Source of the DNA: an uncultured delta proteobacterium
GTDB lineage: Bacteria; Desulfobacterota; Desulfobacteria; Desulfobacterales; Desulfosalsimonadaceae
Assembly: GCA_963826785.1 (NCBI GenBank)
Contig: CAWGYD010000006.1
Coordinates: forward strand, 192,001-256,000
Length of the DNA: 64,000 nucleotides
Reading direction: 5' to 3'
The position numbers and the translations under genes are program-made. The notes under the pieces are model-generated. The model had not been told where the DNA came from and did not search any database. It saw nothing but the letters and a program-made list of their open reading frames with translations. Each line of letters opens with the position of its first letter. Within the stretch, counting starts at the first letter, position 1. Of the stretch, positions 9,655 through 20,267 are shown piece after piece.

Positions 9655-9687
9655 AACACCCCCCTGGCCCCCCTCAAGGGGGGAATT
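9655..9687. repeat. REP-like unit
   Basis: aacacccccctggccccccctcaaggggggaatt-type unit. Confidence 0.75.
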
Positions 9688-9841
9688 GAAATGGGTATGT
9701 TTGGGTTGCAAGTGTGAAAACACTCTGGGCGCTCCCCGCAGAGGGAATGATGAATGGAGGGGCGGTTTTGGCGCTTGGAGTTTTGGGCTTGGAAGGAATT
9801 TGTTATTTGTGGCGGGTTGAACACCCCCCTGGCCCCCCTCA

Positions 9842-10244
9842 CAGGGCTAGGCGCTAATTAAGAATGCGATATCTTCTAATTTGTCAGTTCCTCTTAAGAG
9901 CGTCATTCGGGCAGCTCCTCCAGAAGAGAAATGAACAGGAAAGCGGTATACATTCTTGCAAATAAGAATCGGAGTTTATGGTTGACCTGAAAGCGAGTTT
10001 GGGAATATAATTTGTGGAAGGGTTCACCAAAAGTATGGAGTCCATTTTTGGGTTTTATGAGAATTCATGGAAGTATAGATTTGCTATCCAGCGAGAAAAC
10101 GATTGAAAGACTGGAACGAAAGTGGAAAATGATTGATTGAGAGAACGAATCTCGTTGGAGGATTTGTATCCGAATATTTGATGGATTCCGGTAAAATGGA
10201 ATTATGATGATTTACGGGTTGGATACTATGCTTAAGTAGCCCTG
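9842..10244. mobile_element. 403-bp non-coding insertion nested inside a REP-like unit
   Basis: Ends CAGGGCTA...TAGCCCTG, flanked by direct repeat CCCTCA (9836-9841, 10245-10250); removing it restores acacccccctggcccccctcaaggggggatt. Confidence 0.75.
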
Positions 10245-10529
10245 CCCTCAAGGGGGGATTTAGGGATAGAGGGACGACTTAAGAGTCGGTCATCGGCAGC
10301 TTTGGCCGCTCTCGCAGGGGGAATTGGTATGGGTGTTGTTTCAGATTGGATGTGTGAAAGTCTTGGGGCTCCTCGCAGGTGGGGAATTGGAGAATGGGGG
10401 ACGTATGAACCCGGTATGATTCATGGGCGGGCTTTTTAGCTTTTAGAATTGATTTTAATCCTTCCGGTCGATATATGTTGCAGTAAATCCGGTCCTAAAG
10501 AGCGTTTCCATTCGGCCAGAGGGGAAAAG

Positions 10530-13259
10530 ATGATGAAATCGGGTATCATACCGGGAATAATCGGAGGAGTTGTCGGCGGATTTCTCATCGGATTTGACGG
10601 CCTGCTGTTCGGCCTGGCGGCGGGGTTTCTGGCGGGTGCGGTCCATGCAATAAACGGCCGCGTCAGGAATCTGGAGAACCGGGTAGCGGATTACGAGCGG
10701 CGGTTTCACCCGGCGGAAAAAGAGGCGATTCAGCCGGCCCCGGCGCCCGACTGGCCGGAAACGCCCGTCGAAGCCGCACCGTTTGAGCGCCCCCTTTCCC
10801 CTGGACCCGCGGTCTTTGCCGATGATTTCAAATTCCCGGATGCCCGGCCTTCCCCGCCGGCGGCCGGCCCGACGCCTTCCCCCGCGTCTTCGGGGGCGGC
10901 CGCCCATGGCTCCGTCAGCTTCAATGAACAGGTGATCGGGCACATCAGGGATTTCTTCACCCGGGGCAACGTGGTGGTGCGGATCGGCCTGGTGGTGCTC
11001 TTTTTCGGGGTGGCCTTTCTCATCAAGTACGCGGCGGAGCGCAACATGCTCCCCATCGAGCTTCGGCTCTGCGCGGCGGCGGCCGGCGGCATCTTCATGC
11101 TGGGGCTGGGCTGGCACCTGAGGCTGCGGCGGCCCGGGTATGCCATGCTGATCCAGGGCGGCGGGGTGGGCATCCTTTACCTCACCGTGTTTGCCGCCGC
11201 CCGGATGTACGGGCTTCTGCCGGCGGCCCTGGGGTTCTTCCTGCTGGTGGGGCTGGTTTTTCTGAGCGCGGTGCTCGCCCTGCTTGCCGATGCCCGGGCC
11301 ATGGCCCTGTTCGCCACGGCGGGCGGTTTTCTGGCGCCGGTGCTGATGTCCACCGGCAGGGGCGACCACGTATTCCTGTTTTCCTTCTATGCCCTGCTCA
11401 ACGCCGGCATCCTTTGCATCGCCTGGTTCAAGGCCTGGCGGGAGCTGAACCTGGCGGGGTTTCTCTTTACCTTCGTGATCGGCACGGCATGGGGGGTGAC
11501 CCGGTACCGGCCGGAATTCTTCGCCTCCACCGAGCCGTTTCTGGTGTTGTTCTTTCTCTTCTATGCGGCCATTTCCGTCTTGTACGCCCACCGGCAGCCG
11601 ATCAACCTGAAGGGGTATATCGACGGGCCGCTGGTGTTCGGTCTGCCCCTGATCATCTTCGGGCTGCAGGCCGCGCTGGTCCGGAATTACGAATACGGGA
11701 TGGCCGTCAGCGCGGTGGCCCTGAGCGCCTTTTATCTCATCCTGGTCCAGGTCCTGTGGAAACGGCGGCTCGAAGGGATGCGGATGCTTGCGGAATCCTA
11801 CCTGTCCCTGGGGGTCGTGTTTGCGTCGCTGGCCATACCCCTGGCCTTCGACAGCTCGTGGACATCCGGGCTGTGGGGGCTGGAGGGCGCGGGGCTGGTC
11901 TGGATCGGGCTGCGCCAGAACCGCCTGAAGGCACGCTGTTTCGGGCTGGTTCTCCAGGCGGGCGCCATGATCTCGTTCCTGCACACCGCAAAGCTTGCCG
12001 CCGGCAGCACCCCGGTTCTAAACGGCGTTTGCATGAGCTGCCTGTTCATCAGCCTGGCCGGATTCATCTCCAACTACTGCTACGTCCATTTCAAGGACCG
12101 GCTGCGGGGCTGGGAAGATCCGATCCACATCCTGCTGATCATCTGGGCGCTGGCCTGGTGGCTCGGCGGCGGAATCAACGAGATCGAACGCCATATCGGC
12201 ATCACCCACGAACTGCACGCGGCCCTGCTGTTCATCGCGGCAAGCGCCTGGGTGACGGGGCTTCTGCATGGACGGTTCAACTGGTCGGACATGGCCGCAC
12301 CGCCCATGGGGCTGCTGCCGGTGATGACGTTGATCGCGGCGGGCGCGTATGCGTCCGGCATCTGGCGCCATCCGTTTTCCGGGTGGGGCGGACCGGCCTG
12401 GGGGATGGCCATTGCAATTCAATACCATCTGCTGTGGCGGCTTGAGAAGACCTGGAAGGAACTGGTCATCCGCTGGCATCATTCCTTTGCCTTCTACCTG
12501 GCGCTGTTTCTGGCGGCCTGGGAATCCGCATGGGTGATTGAAAAATCAACGGGCGGAGCCATTTGGGGATTTGTGTGCTGGGGTGCGATCCCCGCTCTTG
12601 CCGCCCTGCTGATGATGCTTTATGGAAGGCGCATGGCCTGGCCGGTGCGCCGATTTGCACCGCAGTATCTTTCAAAGGGAATGGCGCCCGTGATGGGCTG
12701 CCTGTGGGTGTGGGTGCTTGCCGCATGCGTAAACGAGGGAAACCCGGCCCCGCTCCCCTATGTCCCGGTCGCAAACCCGGTGGAGATCGCCCAGGTCTTC
12801 GCCCTGCTGGTGATCACCCGGTGGTGGATGCAATCCCGCGGGGAAATGACCGACGCCCTGCCGGAATTGCCGATGCATGCGGTGCCCTTTGCCATCGGCG
12901 GGGCCGCCTTTTTCTGGCTGAACGGCGTCATCGCCCGCACGGTGCATTTCCGGGGCGGGGTCCCCTATGACGGGGCGTCCCTGTTTGACTCGGTTTCGTT
13001 TCAGGCGTCCATCAGCATCATCTGGACGATCACGGCGCTTTGCATCATGGTCGGCGCCACGCGCAGGGCCAGCCGCATGGTGTGGTTTGTGGGATCGGTG
13101 GTCCTGGGCCTGGTGGTGGCCAAGCTTTTCCTGGTGGATCTGGACGGCATCGGCACGGTCGCCCGGATCATCTCATTTCTGGTGGTGGGGGTGCTGATGC
13201 TGGTGATCGGCTATTTTTCCCCGCTGCCGCCCAAACAGGCAACGGAGGCCGCGGCATGA
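10530..13259 (+). CDS. DUF2339 large polytopic membrane protein
   Basis: GNVVVRIGLVVLFFGVAFLIKYA, many TM helices, C-terminal KLFLVDL...RIISFLVVGVLML...YFSPLPP. Confidence 0.85.
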   Translation: MMKSGIIPGIIGGVVGGFLIGFDGLLFGLAAGFLAGAVHAINGRVRNLENRVADYERRFHPAEKEAIQPAPAPDWPETPVEAAPFERPLSPGPAVFADDFKFPDARPSPPAAGPTPSPASSGAAAHGSVSFNEQVIGHIRDFFTRGNVVVRIGLVVLFFGVAFLIKYAAERNMLPIELRLCAAAAGGIFMLGLGWHLRLRRPGYAMLIQGGGVGILYLTVFAAARMYGLLPAALGFFLLVGLVFLSAVLALLADARAMALFATAGGFLAPVLMSTGRGDHVFLFSFYALLNAGILCIAWFKAWRELNLAGFLFTFVIGTAWGVTRYRPEFFASTEPFLVLFFLFYAAISVLYAHRQPINLKGYIDGPLVFGLPLIIFGLQAALVRNYEYGMAVSAVALSAFYLILVQVLWKRRLEGMRMLAESYLSLGVVFASLAIPLAFDSSWTSGLWGLEGAGLVWIGLRQNRLKARCFGLVLQAGAMISFLHTAKLAAGSTPVLNGVCMSCLFISLAGFISNYCYVHFKDRLRGWEDPIHILLIIWALAWWLGGGINEIERHIGITHELHAALLFIAASAWVTGLLHGRFNWSDMAAPPMGLLPVMTLIAAGAYASGIWRHPFSGWGGPAWGMAIAIQYHLLWRLEKTWKELVIRWHHSFAFYLALFLAAWESAWVIEKSTGGAIWGFVCWGAIPALAALLMMLYGRRMAWPVRRFAPQYLSKGMAPVMGCLWVWVLAACVNEGNPAPLPYVPVANPVEIAQVFALLVITRWWMQSRGEMTDALPELPMHAVPFAIGGAAFFWLNGVIARTVHFRGGVPYDGASLFDSVSFQASISIIWTITALCIMVGATRRASRMVWFVGSVVLGLVVAKLFLVDLDGIGTVARIISFLVVGVLMLVIGYFSPLPPKQATEAAA

Positions 13260-14668
13260 AGAAGCGGGTGGGTGCAATGGCGCTGCTGGTGATGGGGGTG
13301 CTGATGCTGATGACAATTTATGGCGATCCGGGTGCGCATGCAGAGCAGCCGGCAGCTGAACCGGCTCCGGATGATTTTGCATACGGCATGTCCATACGCC
13401 TGGAAGGAGAGGCCCCCATCTATGAAATGGCGATGCCCGAGGCGGTGTACCGGCAGGTGACGCGCCCGGATCTCGGGGACATGCGGGTGTTCAACGGCGA
13501 AAACGAAGCGGTGCCCCATGCCGTCGCCCGGCCGGAGCGGCCCGTCAGCCAGAACCCGCCGGTGCCGGTCCCCTTTTTTCCGCTGCCGGAAAACCTTGCC
13601 GCCAACGGGAAAAACATCTCGTTAAACATCACCACCGATCCGGCGGGCACGATCATCGATGTGGAAACCGACGGCCGGGAAGCGCGCGTCAAAAAAATTT
13701 CCGCATGGCTGCTGGATCTGAGCGGCATCGAAGATCCCCCCGAAAAAATCGAAATCAACTGGAATCGGCAGTCCGAGAATTTTTCAGCCACCGTGGCCGT
13801 TTACGGCAGCAATGACTTAAATGACTGGCGCCTTTCGGTTCCCGCAGCATCCATCGCCCAGCTTGATTTTTCCGGCCATCAGCTCTTCAAGAACGAAATC
13901 GATCTGCCGGCCGCCCGGTTTAAATACCTGAAATTGACCTGGCCGCAGGAAGCTGCGGGGCACGCGTTGACGGACGCAACGATCTTTTTTCCGGAAAAGG
14001 TTCAGGAGAATTCCCGGAACTGGATTTCCATCAGCGGAAAACAAACGGAAAAAGACAACCGCGCCTGGACGTTTGACAGCGGCGGCGTGTTTCCCGTGGA
14101 CCGGATCGACCTTGCGCTGCCCGGGAAAAACAACCTGCTGCAGGCCTTGATCCAGGCCCGCCGCAGCCCGGAAGAAGTTTGGCACGACCGGTGCGGGGGA
14201 TTGTTTTACCGCCTTTCGATGGATGAGACCCTCCTCGTCAATGATCCCGTGCGGCTCAGCGCCGTGACCGACCGGTACTGGCGGATTAAAATCGTTTCCG
14301 ATGACAGCGGCCCGGGCGGCGAACCGCCCCGGCTGAAATTGGGCTGGACGCCCCACCGGTTGATATTTCTGGCCCGGGGCAACCCGCCGTTCACCCTGGC
14401 CTTCGGCAGCGCCGGGATCGGGCCTGCCGCCCAGACGGTCGACCTGCTTTTTTCAAAAATTTACAAAGACGGCAAACCCGAACTGATCAAATCCGCATCC
14501 GCGGGCGAAATGTCCGCCCTCGGCGGCCCCGACCGCCTGAAGCCGATCCCGCCGCCGCTCCCCTGGAAAAAATGGCTGCTGTGGGTCATTCTGGTCTCAA
14601 GCGTCGCCGCCCTGGCCTGGATGGCGCTGAAACTGTACCGGCAGATGAACGCTATTTCTAGCTGTTGA
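13256..14668 (+). CDS. DUF3999 family exported/membrane-anchored protein
   Basis: Signal peptide, DLGDMRVFNG, FLARGNPPFTLAFG, C-terminal TM WKKWLLW; usual partner of DUF2339; ATGA overlap. Confidence 0.8.
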   Translation: MKKRVGAMALLVMGVLMLMTIYGDPGAHAEQPAAEPAPDDFAYGMSIRLEGEAPIYEMAMPEAVYRQVTRPDLGDMRVFNGENEAVPHAVARPERPVSQNPPVPVPFFPLPENLAANGKNISLNITTDPAGTIIDVETDGREARVKKISAWLLDLSGIEDPPEKIEINWNRQSENFSATVAVYGSNDLNDWRLSVPAASIAQLDFSGHQLFKNEIDLPAARFKYLKLTWPQEAAGHALTDATIFFPEKVQENSRNWISISGKQTEKDNRAWTFDSGGVFPVDRIDLALPGKNNLLQALIQARRSPEEVWHDRCGGLFYRLSMDETLLVNDPVRLSAVTDRYWRIKIVSDDSGPGGEPPRLKLGWTPHRLIFLARGNPPFTLAFGSAGIGPAAQTVDLLFSKIYKDGKPELIKSASAGEMSALGGPDRLKPIPPPLPWKKWLLWVILVSSVAALAWMALKLYRQMNAISSC

Positions 14669-16070
14669 GCCAGCCGCCGGTGAAACCGGCCTGCTCCAGG
14701 CCCTTTTTGATGTATTTGTTTTCTTTCATCAGGTTCCAGATAAATCCTGTCCGGTAATTTTCGATCATCAGAAGGATGGGGCCCTGGTCGATGGCAATGT
14801 ACTGATTGTCAAACCATCCGTCCGGACTGGTCGAATCGTACGTGTATGAAAGATTGAACGCATCCTTGAAACCATATTCGCCGTAAACATCATTGCCGAA
14901 TCGATCTTTCAGGTGCCTCAGGGTGGGGATGGTGATATCCGGTGCGAACGGGATGGAGCCGCCCACGGCCGTGGGGGCGATGGTTCCGTCGTCGCACAGG
15001 TACGCGGCGCCGGCGCCGCGCGCCCAGTACCGATGATACACCCGGGCATCCTCCCCCTGTCCAACGGCGGCATCCATGGGACCGTCCGACGCCGTCAGCC
15101 CCCAGACCTTTTGGCCGTATCCCTTCCAGTCATTGGGATTGTCGATGCAGTAAGCCTGTCCGGCATATGTCGCCCGCCTGGAATTGATGAAATAATCGAT
15201 TCCTTTTGACCGCATGTAGTCGTCCTGAATGCCGCGGAAATCGATCCAGGCCTGGGAGTACTGGTGACCGAACAGCGGTCCGAAATTCACATACGAATGG
15301 TCATAATAGGTTTCCCACTTGTACGTATCAGTCCATTTCCCCCATGAATCCGGGGAGATCGGATGGGTCGGCGATCCAAGCGCCAGAATGTAGAGGATCA
15401 TTCCTTCATTGTATCCGCTCCAGCAGGCATCGGTATAACCCTTTTCCGGGTACCACCCCATGTTGAGCAGCGGCTTGTGCTGCTTGTCATAAAACCAGGG
15501 CCAGACGATCCGGCGATACAGGATGTCGGCGCAAGACCGGATCCGTGCCTCCGTGGGGTTGTCCGCATCAAAATAGGTCTGGGCCGAAAGGACGCCAGCC
15601 ATCAGCAGGGCCGTGTCGATGCTGGACAATTCAGTATCCCCCACCCGGGCCCCGCTGTCCATGTCCAGAAAGTGGTAGAAAAAGCCCTTGTAACCGGCAA
15701 CATGGCGCGATTCGGGCCCCTGAGGGGCGTCCTTTAAGAACTGCAGCGTGGTCAGGGTCCGCTGCGCCGCCTGGGCCCGGGTGATATAATGCCGCTGCGC
15801 CCCCACCAGGTATGCGGTAAGGGAAAAACCAACGGCGGCCACACTCGACAGACGGTTGTCCGGAAAACGGTCCGGGGTGAGGCCGTTTTTCGGATTGGGG
15901 GTGTTCCAGAAGAAATCAAAGGTATCGCGTTCCAATTTATTCAGAAATTGCTGCTGATGCGCCGTGAGTTTCCCATGAAGGGGCGCCGATGCGGCTGATG
16001 CCGGGACAGAAGACAGGCAAAAGGCGGGAATCAGAAATAATGTGACGAGCACATATATGCGTTTTCTCAT
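14658..16070 (-). CDS. Secreted glucoamylase-like / GH144 (beta-1,2-glucanase-like) glycoside hydrolase
   Basis: Signal peptide; KGFFYHFLD, ELSSIDTALL, GYNEGMILY, PLFGHQYS, IDQGPILLMIENYR. Confidence 0.8.
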   Translation of the reverse strand: MRKRIYVLVTLFLIPAFCLSSVPASAASAPLHGKLTAHQQQFLNKLERDTFDFFWNTPNPKNGLTPDRFPDNRLSSVAAVGFSLTAYLVGAQRHYITRAQAAQRTLTTLQFLKDAPQGPESRHVAGYKGFFYHFLDMDSGARVGDTELSSIDTALLMAGVLSAQTYFDADNPTEARIRSCADILYRRIVWPWFYDKQHKPLLNMGWYPEKGYTDACWSGYNEGMILYILALGSPTHPISPDSWGKWTDTYKWETYYDHSYVNFGPLFGHQYSQAWIDFRGIQDDYMRSKGIDYFINSRRATYAGQAYCIDNPNDWKGYGQKVWGLTASDGPMDAAVGQGEDARVYHRYWARGAGAAYLCDDGTIAPTAVGGSIPFAPDITIPTLRHLKDRFGNDVYGEYGFKDAFNLSYTYDSTSPDGWFDNQYIAIDQGPILLMIENYRTGFIWNLMKENKYIKKGLEQAGFTGGWLNS

Positions 16071-16406
16071 GAAAAATTACCTCTCGAATCCCGCATATAT
16101 CCCCGCTGGCGGGCATTTCCGGCCGCCCACCCGGCACGCGGGCAAAAAGGCGCAAAAACCCCCTTGCGGATCAAAACATCGCCCATTTTGATAACCATCC
16201 GGATTACCGCAAATGGAGGATGCCTGATGCGCAGTTACTCATATGCTTTTCAAAATTTCGTAACTTGCAGAAGAGTTTCTAAAGCACAGCAGGTTTACAA
16301 GCGAGATAAATGCATTTGATATTATATGATATGTTTCCGGGGATCGGAACTACACGCCCAGGGCCGGATTGTCAAGGGAATAAATTGGGGAACACCATGC
16401 CCCCTG

Positions 16407-17267
16407 TTAGGGGACATCGATGGAGATCATGATGCTCAGGGTGGTAATGGCCAGTATGGAGAAGCGGTAGAGTTTTTTGGCCCAGGGGCGGGGATCGGTG
16501 GGATTGAAGCCCCTCCATGCCATATACAGCCAGCACAGGCCCAGTGGCAACGCCACGGCAAGGGTGATGCAGCCGGTGCGGCCCGCAGCGGTCAGCAGCG
16601 GCACGGTCAGCGTAAAGGCCAGGATATAGCCGATGATGTGCCTTCTGGTTGCAATCGTTCCCCGCGCAACCGGCCAAACCGGTATGCCGGCGGCGGCATA
16701 GTCATCGAGCCGGTAAATGGAAATGGCATAGCAGTGGGGCATCTGCCAGAGGCTGAACATTAAAAACAGGATCAGTCCCCCCATATCCAAACGGCCGGTG
16801 ACCGCGCAGTAACCGGCCAGGGGCGGGACGGCCCCCGCCAGACTGCCGGCCAGGGCACCGTACACCGAACGGCGCTTCAACAGCAGGCTGTATAAGACCA
16901 CATAGACCCCGAATCCGGCGCCCACGAGGGCCACGGCCAGGAGGTTGGTTTCCGCCCAGAGCAGGGCGATCCCCGCCGCCCCCAGCAGCGACGCAAAGAG
17001 GGCAGCATTCTTGACCGGCATGCCCTCCCGGGCCAGGACCCGGTTTTTCGTCCGGACCATTTTCCGGTCCATGCCCCTGTCAATGCAGTTGTTGTAGACA
17101 CAGCCGGAGGCGACCACCAGGGATATGCCGGTGATCGCCGGCACGAGCAGAGCCGGGTTCACCTGGCCCCCGGAGGCCAGGAAAAAGCCGGCCGCCGCCG
17201 AAACCAGATTGCCCAGGACGATCATCGGCTTGGTGACGCGCAGATAGTTTTTGGCCGTATCCCTCAT
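16407..17267 (-). CDS. cyoE: Protoheme IX farnesyltransferase (heme o synthase)
   Basis: NNCIDRGMDRKMVRTKNRVL, LWQMPH; last gene of the cyo operon. Confidence 0.92.
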   Translation of the reverse strand: MRDTAKNYLRVTKPMIVLGNLVSAAAGFFLASGGQVNPALLVPAITGISLVVASGCVYNNCIDRGMDRKMVRTKNRVLAREGMPVKNAALFASLLGAAGIALLWAETNLLAVALVGAGFGVYVVLYSLLLKRRSVYGALAGSLAGAVPPLAGYCAVTGRLDMGGLILFLMFSLWQMPHCYAISIYRLDDYAAAGIPVWPVARGTIATRRHIIGYILAFTLTVPLLTAAGRTGCITLAVALPLGLCWLYMAWRGFNPTDPRPWAKKLYRFSILAITTLSIMISIDVP

Positions 17268-17596
17268 TACCATTTCAGCCGGTAATTCATGTTGTACATG
17301 ATCCAGAGGGTTCCCCCGACAAACAGGACCATGATCAGCAGGGTAAACAGCAGGGCCGCCACGTTCCAGCGCATGGAAGACGAGGTGTCCAGGTGCAGGA
17401 AAAAATGGAGGTGCACCAGGATCTGTAAAACGGCCGCGGAGAACATGCCGGCCAGGGTGGCCCGAAGGGAGACCGCGCCGCTCATGACCAGCACAAACGC
17501 CATGACCGTCAGCAAAAGGGACAGGACAAACGCAATAAGATAGGATTTGAGGCTTCCCCTGCTTGCCCCGATCCGCTCAGCAGATGCCGGATTCAT
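17267..17596 (-). CDS. cyoD: Cytochrome bo3 ubiquinol oxidase subunit IV
   Basis: SYLIAFVLSLLLT...QILVHLHFFLHL...GTLWIMYNMN. Confidence 0.92.
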   Translation of the reverse strand: MNPASAERIGASRGSLKSYLIAFVLSLLLTVMAFVLVMSGAVSLRATLAGMFSAAVLQILVHLHFFLHLDTSSSMRWNVAALLFTLLIMVLFVGGTLWIMYNMNYRLKW

Positions 17597-18214
17597 TTAT
17601 AAGACCCCCATCAGGTACACAAAGGTGAATATGCCGATCCAGATAACGTCCAGAAAGTGCCAGAACATGCTCAGGCGCATCAGCCGCGACTGGACGGGGG
17701 CGGTCAGCCCCTTGACGGCAACCTGCCCGATCATGACCGCCATCCACAGCAGCCCGAAGCTCACATGGGTGCCGTGGGTGCCCACCAGGGTGAAAAAGGC
17801 CGATAGAAAGCCGCTGCGCTGGGGTCCATGACCGGCGGCCACCATGCCGTAGAACTCATGGATCTCCATGCCGATAAACCCCAGTCCCAGCAGAAAGGTG
17901 ATGCCAAGCCCCGCCAGAAGCAGCCGCCTTTTCTCATTGTGCATGGCCACCATGGTCAGGCCGTAGCTGGTGCTGCTGAACAGCAGGAACATGGTTTCAC
18001 CGAAGGTGTAGCGAAGATCGAACAGGTCCTTGCCGGTGGGGCCGCCTGCATAATTGCGGCCCACTACGGCATAGGTGGCAAAGAGCGCCGCAAACAGCAC
18101 CAGGTCGCTCATGAGGTAAATCCAGAACCCGAAGGCCTGGATATCCATGGTGTCATGGTGTAGCGCTTCCCGGGAATAAGTGGAGGCGATGGTCGAAGCG
18201 TCGGTTGCAATCAT
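17597..18214 (-). CDS. cyoC: Cytochrome bo3 ubiquinol oxidase subunit III
   Basis: FGFWIYLMSD, FLSAFFTLVGTHGTHV, FWHFLDVIW. Confidence 0.95.
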   Translation of the reverse strand: MIATDASTIASTYSREALHHDTMDIQAFGFWIYLMSDLVLFAALFATYAVVGRNYAGGPTGKDLFDLRYTFGETMFLLFSSTSYGLTMVAMHNEKRRLLLAGLGITFLLGLGFIGMEIHEFYGMVAAGHGPQRSGFLSAFFTLVGTHGTHVSFGLLWMAVMIGQVAVKGLTAPVQSRLMRLSMFWHFLDVIWIGIFTFVYLMGVL

Positions 18215-18217
18215 GAT

Positions 18218-20266
18218 TTACCCCTGCGGTGAAGGTTCGGACCGGGCCGGTCCGCCGGAAACGAAATTGCCGGCTGCCGCTGCCATCTTGCGGTATCGCT
18301 CTTTCTCGATCCGCTCGACTTCAGCGGCGGGTATGGTATATTCTGTGTCGTCATTCGATCCGCGGGCAATCACCATGATGAGGATGCCCAGGGCGCATAG
18401 AATGGCCAGCCACCAGATGTACCAGATCATCCCAAACCCGAACAAAAAGGCCAGTATCCCGATGAAGAAGCCGTTGGGTGCGTTTTTGGGCATAGCGATA
18501 TCGTAGTACCGCCCCGGGTGAGTATGGGCGGTCCCCTTTTCCTTCATGTCCCTGAAGGCATAAATATCGTGGACGACCGGTATCCTGGCAAAATTATAGA
18601 CCGCGGGCGGCGAACTGGTCTTCCACTCCAGGGTGTGCCCGTCCCAGGGGTCTCCGGTATCGTCGCGAAGGGCCTTGCGGTCCCTGATGCTCAGGGCGAG
18701 CTGAAGCAATTGGAAGATGATGCCCAGCAGGATGACGGCCACGCCTGCGGCGGCCACCAGCAGGTAGGGCTTCCAGGCCAGTACCGAGTAATGCTGCATG
18801 CGGCGGGCCATGCCCATGAAGCCCAGCACGTAAAGGGGAATAAAGGCCAGATAAAAGCCGATGAGCCAGCACCAGAAGGCGAGCTTGCCCCAGCTCTCCT
18901 TCAGATGGAAACCAAGGGCCTTGGGAAACCAGTAATAGTATCCCGCGAAGAACCCGAACAGGGCCCCGGGGATCAATACGTTGTGAAAGTGGGCGATGAG
19001 AAACAGGCTGTTGTGGAGCACCCAGTCGGCCGGGGGCATGGACAGCAGCACCCCTGAAGCGCCGCCGACGGCGAAGGTCACGATAAAGCCCAGGGTCCAG
19101 TACATGGGCACGGTGAACCGGATGCGGCCCCGGTACATGGTGAACAGCCAGTTGAAGATCTTCACCCCGGTGGGGATGGCGATCATCATGGTGGCCACGC
19201 TGAAGAAGATGTTCACGTCGGCGCTGGCCCCCATGGTGAAGAAATGATGCAGCCACACGGAAAATGACAGGATCATGATCACGCCGGTGGCGTAGACCAG
19301 GGAGCGGTAGCCGAACAGCCGCTTGCCGGAGAAGGTGGACACCACCTCCGAGAAGACGCCGAAGGCCGGCAGGATCAGGATGTAAACCTCGGGATGCCCC
19401 CAGATCCAGAAGAGATTGATATACATCCGCATGTCGCCGCCCATGGTATTGGTGAAAAAATGCATCCCCAGGTAGCGGTCGAGGGTGGTCAGGGCCATGG
19501 CGACCGTCAGCACCGGAAAGGCCCCGATCATGAGCACATTGGTGAAAAAGGTGGTCCAGACAAACAGCGGCATGCGCATGAACTTCATGCCGGGGGCCCG
19601 CATTTTGACGATGGTGACCAGAAAATTAATGCCGGTCATGAGCGAGGCGACGCCGGCAATTTGGAACGACCATACCCAATAGTCCACTCCGGTGCCGGGG
19701 CTGTAAGCCTTTTCCGTCAAGGGGGCGTAACCGGACCAGCCGGCCTTGGAAAACTCGCCGATACCCAGCGACACCATCACCAGCAGGGCACCGGCAGTGG
19801 TCAGCCAGAGGCTCACCGAATTCATGAAGGGGTAGGCCACATCGCGTGCGCCAATCTGCTGCGGCATGGCGATATTCATCAGCCCTACCAGAAACGGCAT
19901 GGCCATGAAGATAATCATGATGGAGCCGTGCGCGCTGAAGATCTGGTCGAAGTGTTCGGGCGGCAGGTAGCCGTGGGCGGCCCCCAGGATGCCGGGGGAG
20001 GTGACCGCGCCCAGGGCCTGCTGGGAACGCATGAGGATGGCGTCTGAAAACCCGCGCAGCAGCATGATCAGCGCCAGGATGATGTACATGATGCCGATCT
20101 TCTTGTGGTCAAGGCTGGTAAACCATTCCCGGTAGAGGTATCCCCATTTCCGGTAATACGTGATCAGGGCCAGAATGATAAACGCCAGCACCAGGGCCCC
20201 GCTCACTGCGGATATCACGATCGGTTTGTCATAGGGTACGGCCGAGAGGCTTAATTTTCCAAACAC
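18218..20266 (-). CDS. cyoB: Cytochrome bo3 ubiquinol oxidase subunit I
   Basis: [50 protein letters not shown]. Confidence 0.97.
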   Translation of the reverse strand: MFGKLSLSAVPYDKPIVISAVSGALVLAFIILALITYYRKWGYLYREWFTSLDHKKIGIMYIILALIMLLRGFSDAILMRSQQALGAVTSPGILGAAHGYLPPEHFDQIFSAHGSIMIIFMAMPFLVGLMNIAMPQQIGARDVAYPFMNSVSLWLTTAGALLVMVSLGIGEFSKAGWSGYAPLTEKAYSPGTGVDYWVWSFQIAGVASLMTGINFLVTIVKMRAPGMKFMRMPLFVWTTFFTNVLMIGAFPVLTVAMALTTLDRYLGMHFFTNTMGGDMRMYINLFWIWGHPEVYILILPAFGVFSEVVSTFSGKRLFGYRSLVYATGVIMILSFSVWLHHFFTMGASADVNIFFSVATMMIAIPTGVKIFNWLFTMYRGRIRFTVPMYWTLGFIVTFAVGGASGVLLSMPPADWVLHNSLFLIAHFHNVLIPGALFGFFAGYYYWFPKALGFHLKESWGKLAFWCWLIGFYLAFIPLYVLGFMGMARRMQHYSVLAWKPYLLVAAAGVAVILLGIIFQLLQLALSIRDRKALRDDTGDPWDGHTLEWKTSSPPAVYNFARIPVVHDIYAFRDMKEKGTAHTHPGRYYDIAMPKNAPNGFFIGILAFLFGFGMIWYIWWLAILCALGILIMVIARGSNDDTEYTIPAAEVERIEKERYRKMAAAAGNFVSGGPARSEPSPQG

Positions 20267-20267
20267 G

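Noticed and set aside
13178..13312. Near-duplicate of about 28 bp (CTGGTG.TGGGGGTGCTGATGCTG) at the DUF2339 end and DUF3999 start
   Set aside because: Both encode Leu/Val/Met-rich hydrophobic helices, so codon convergence or a trivial local duplication explains it
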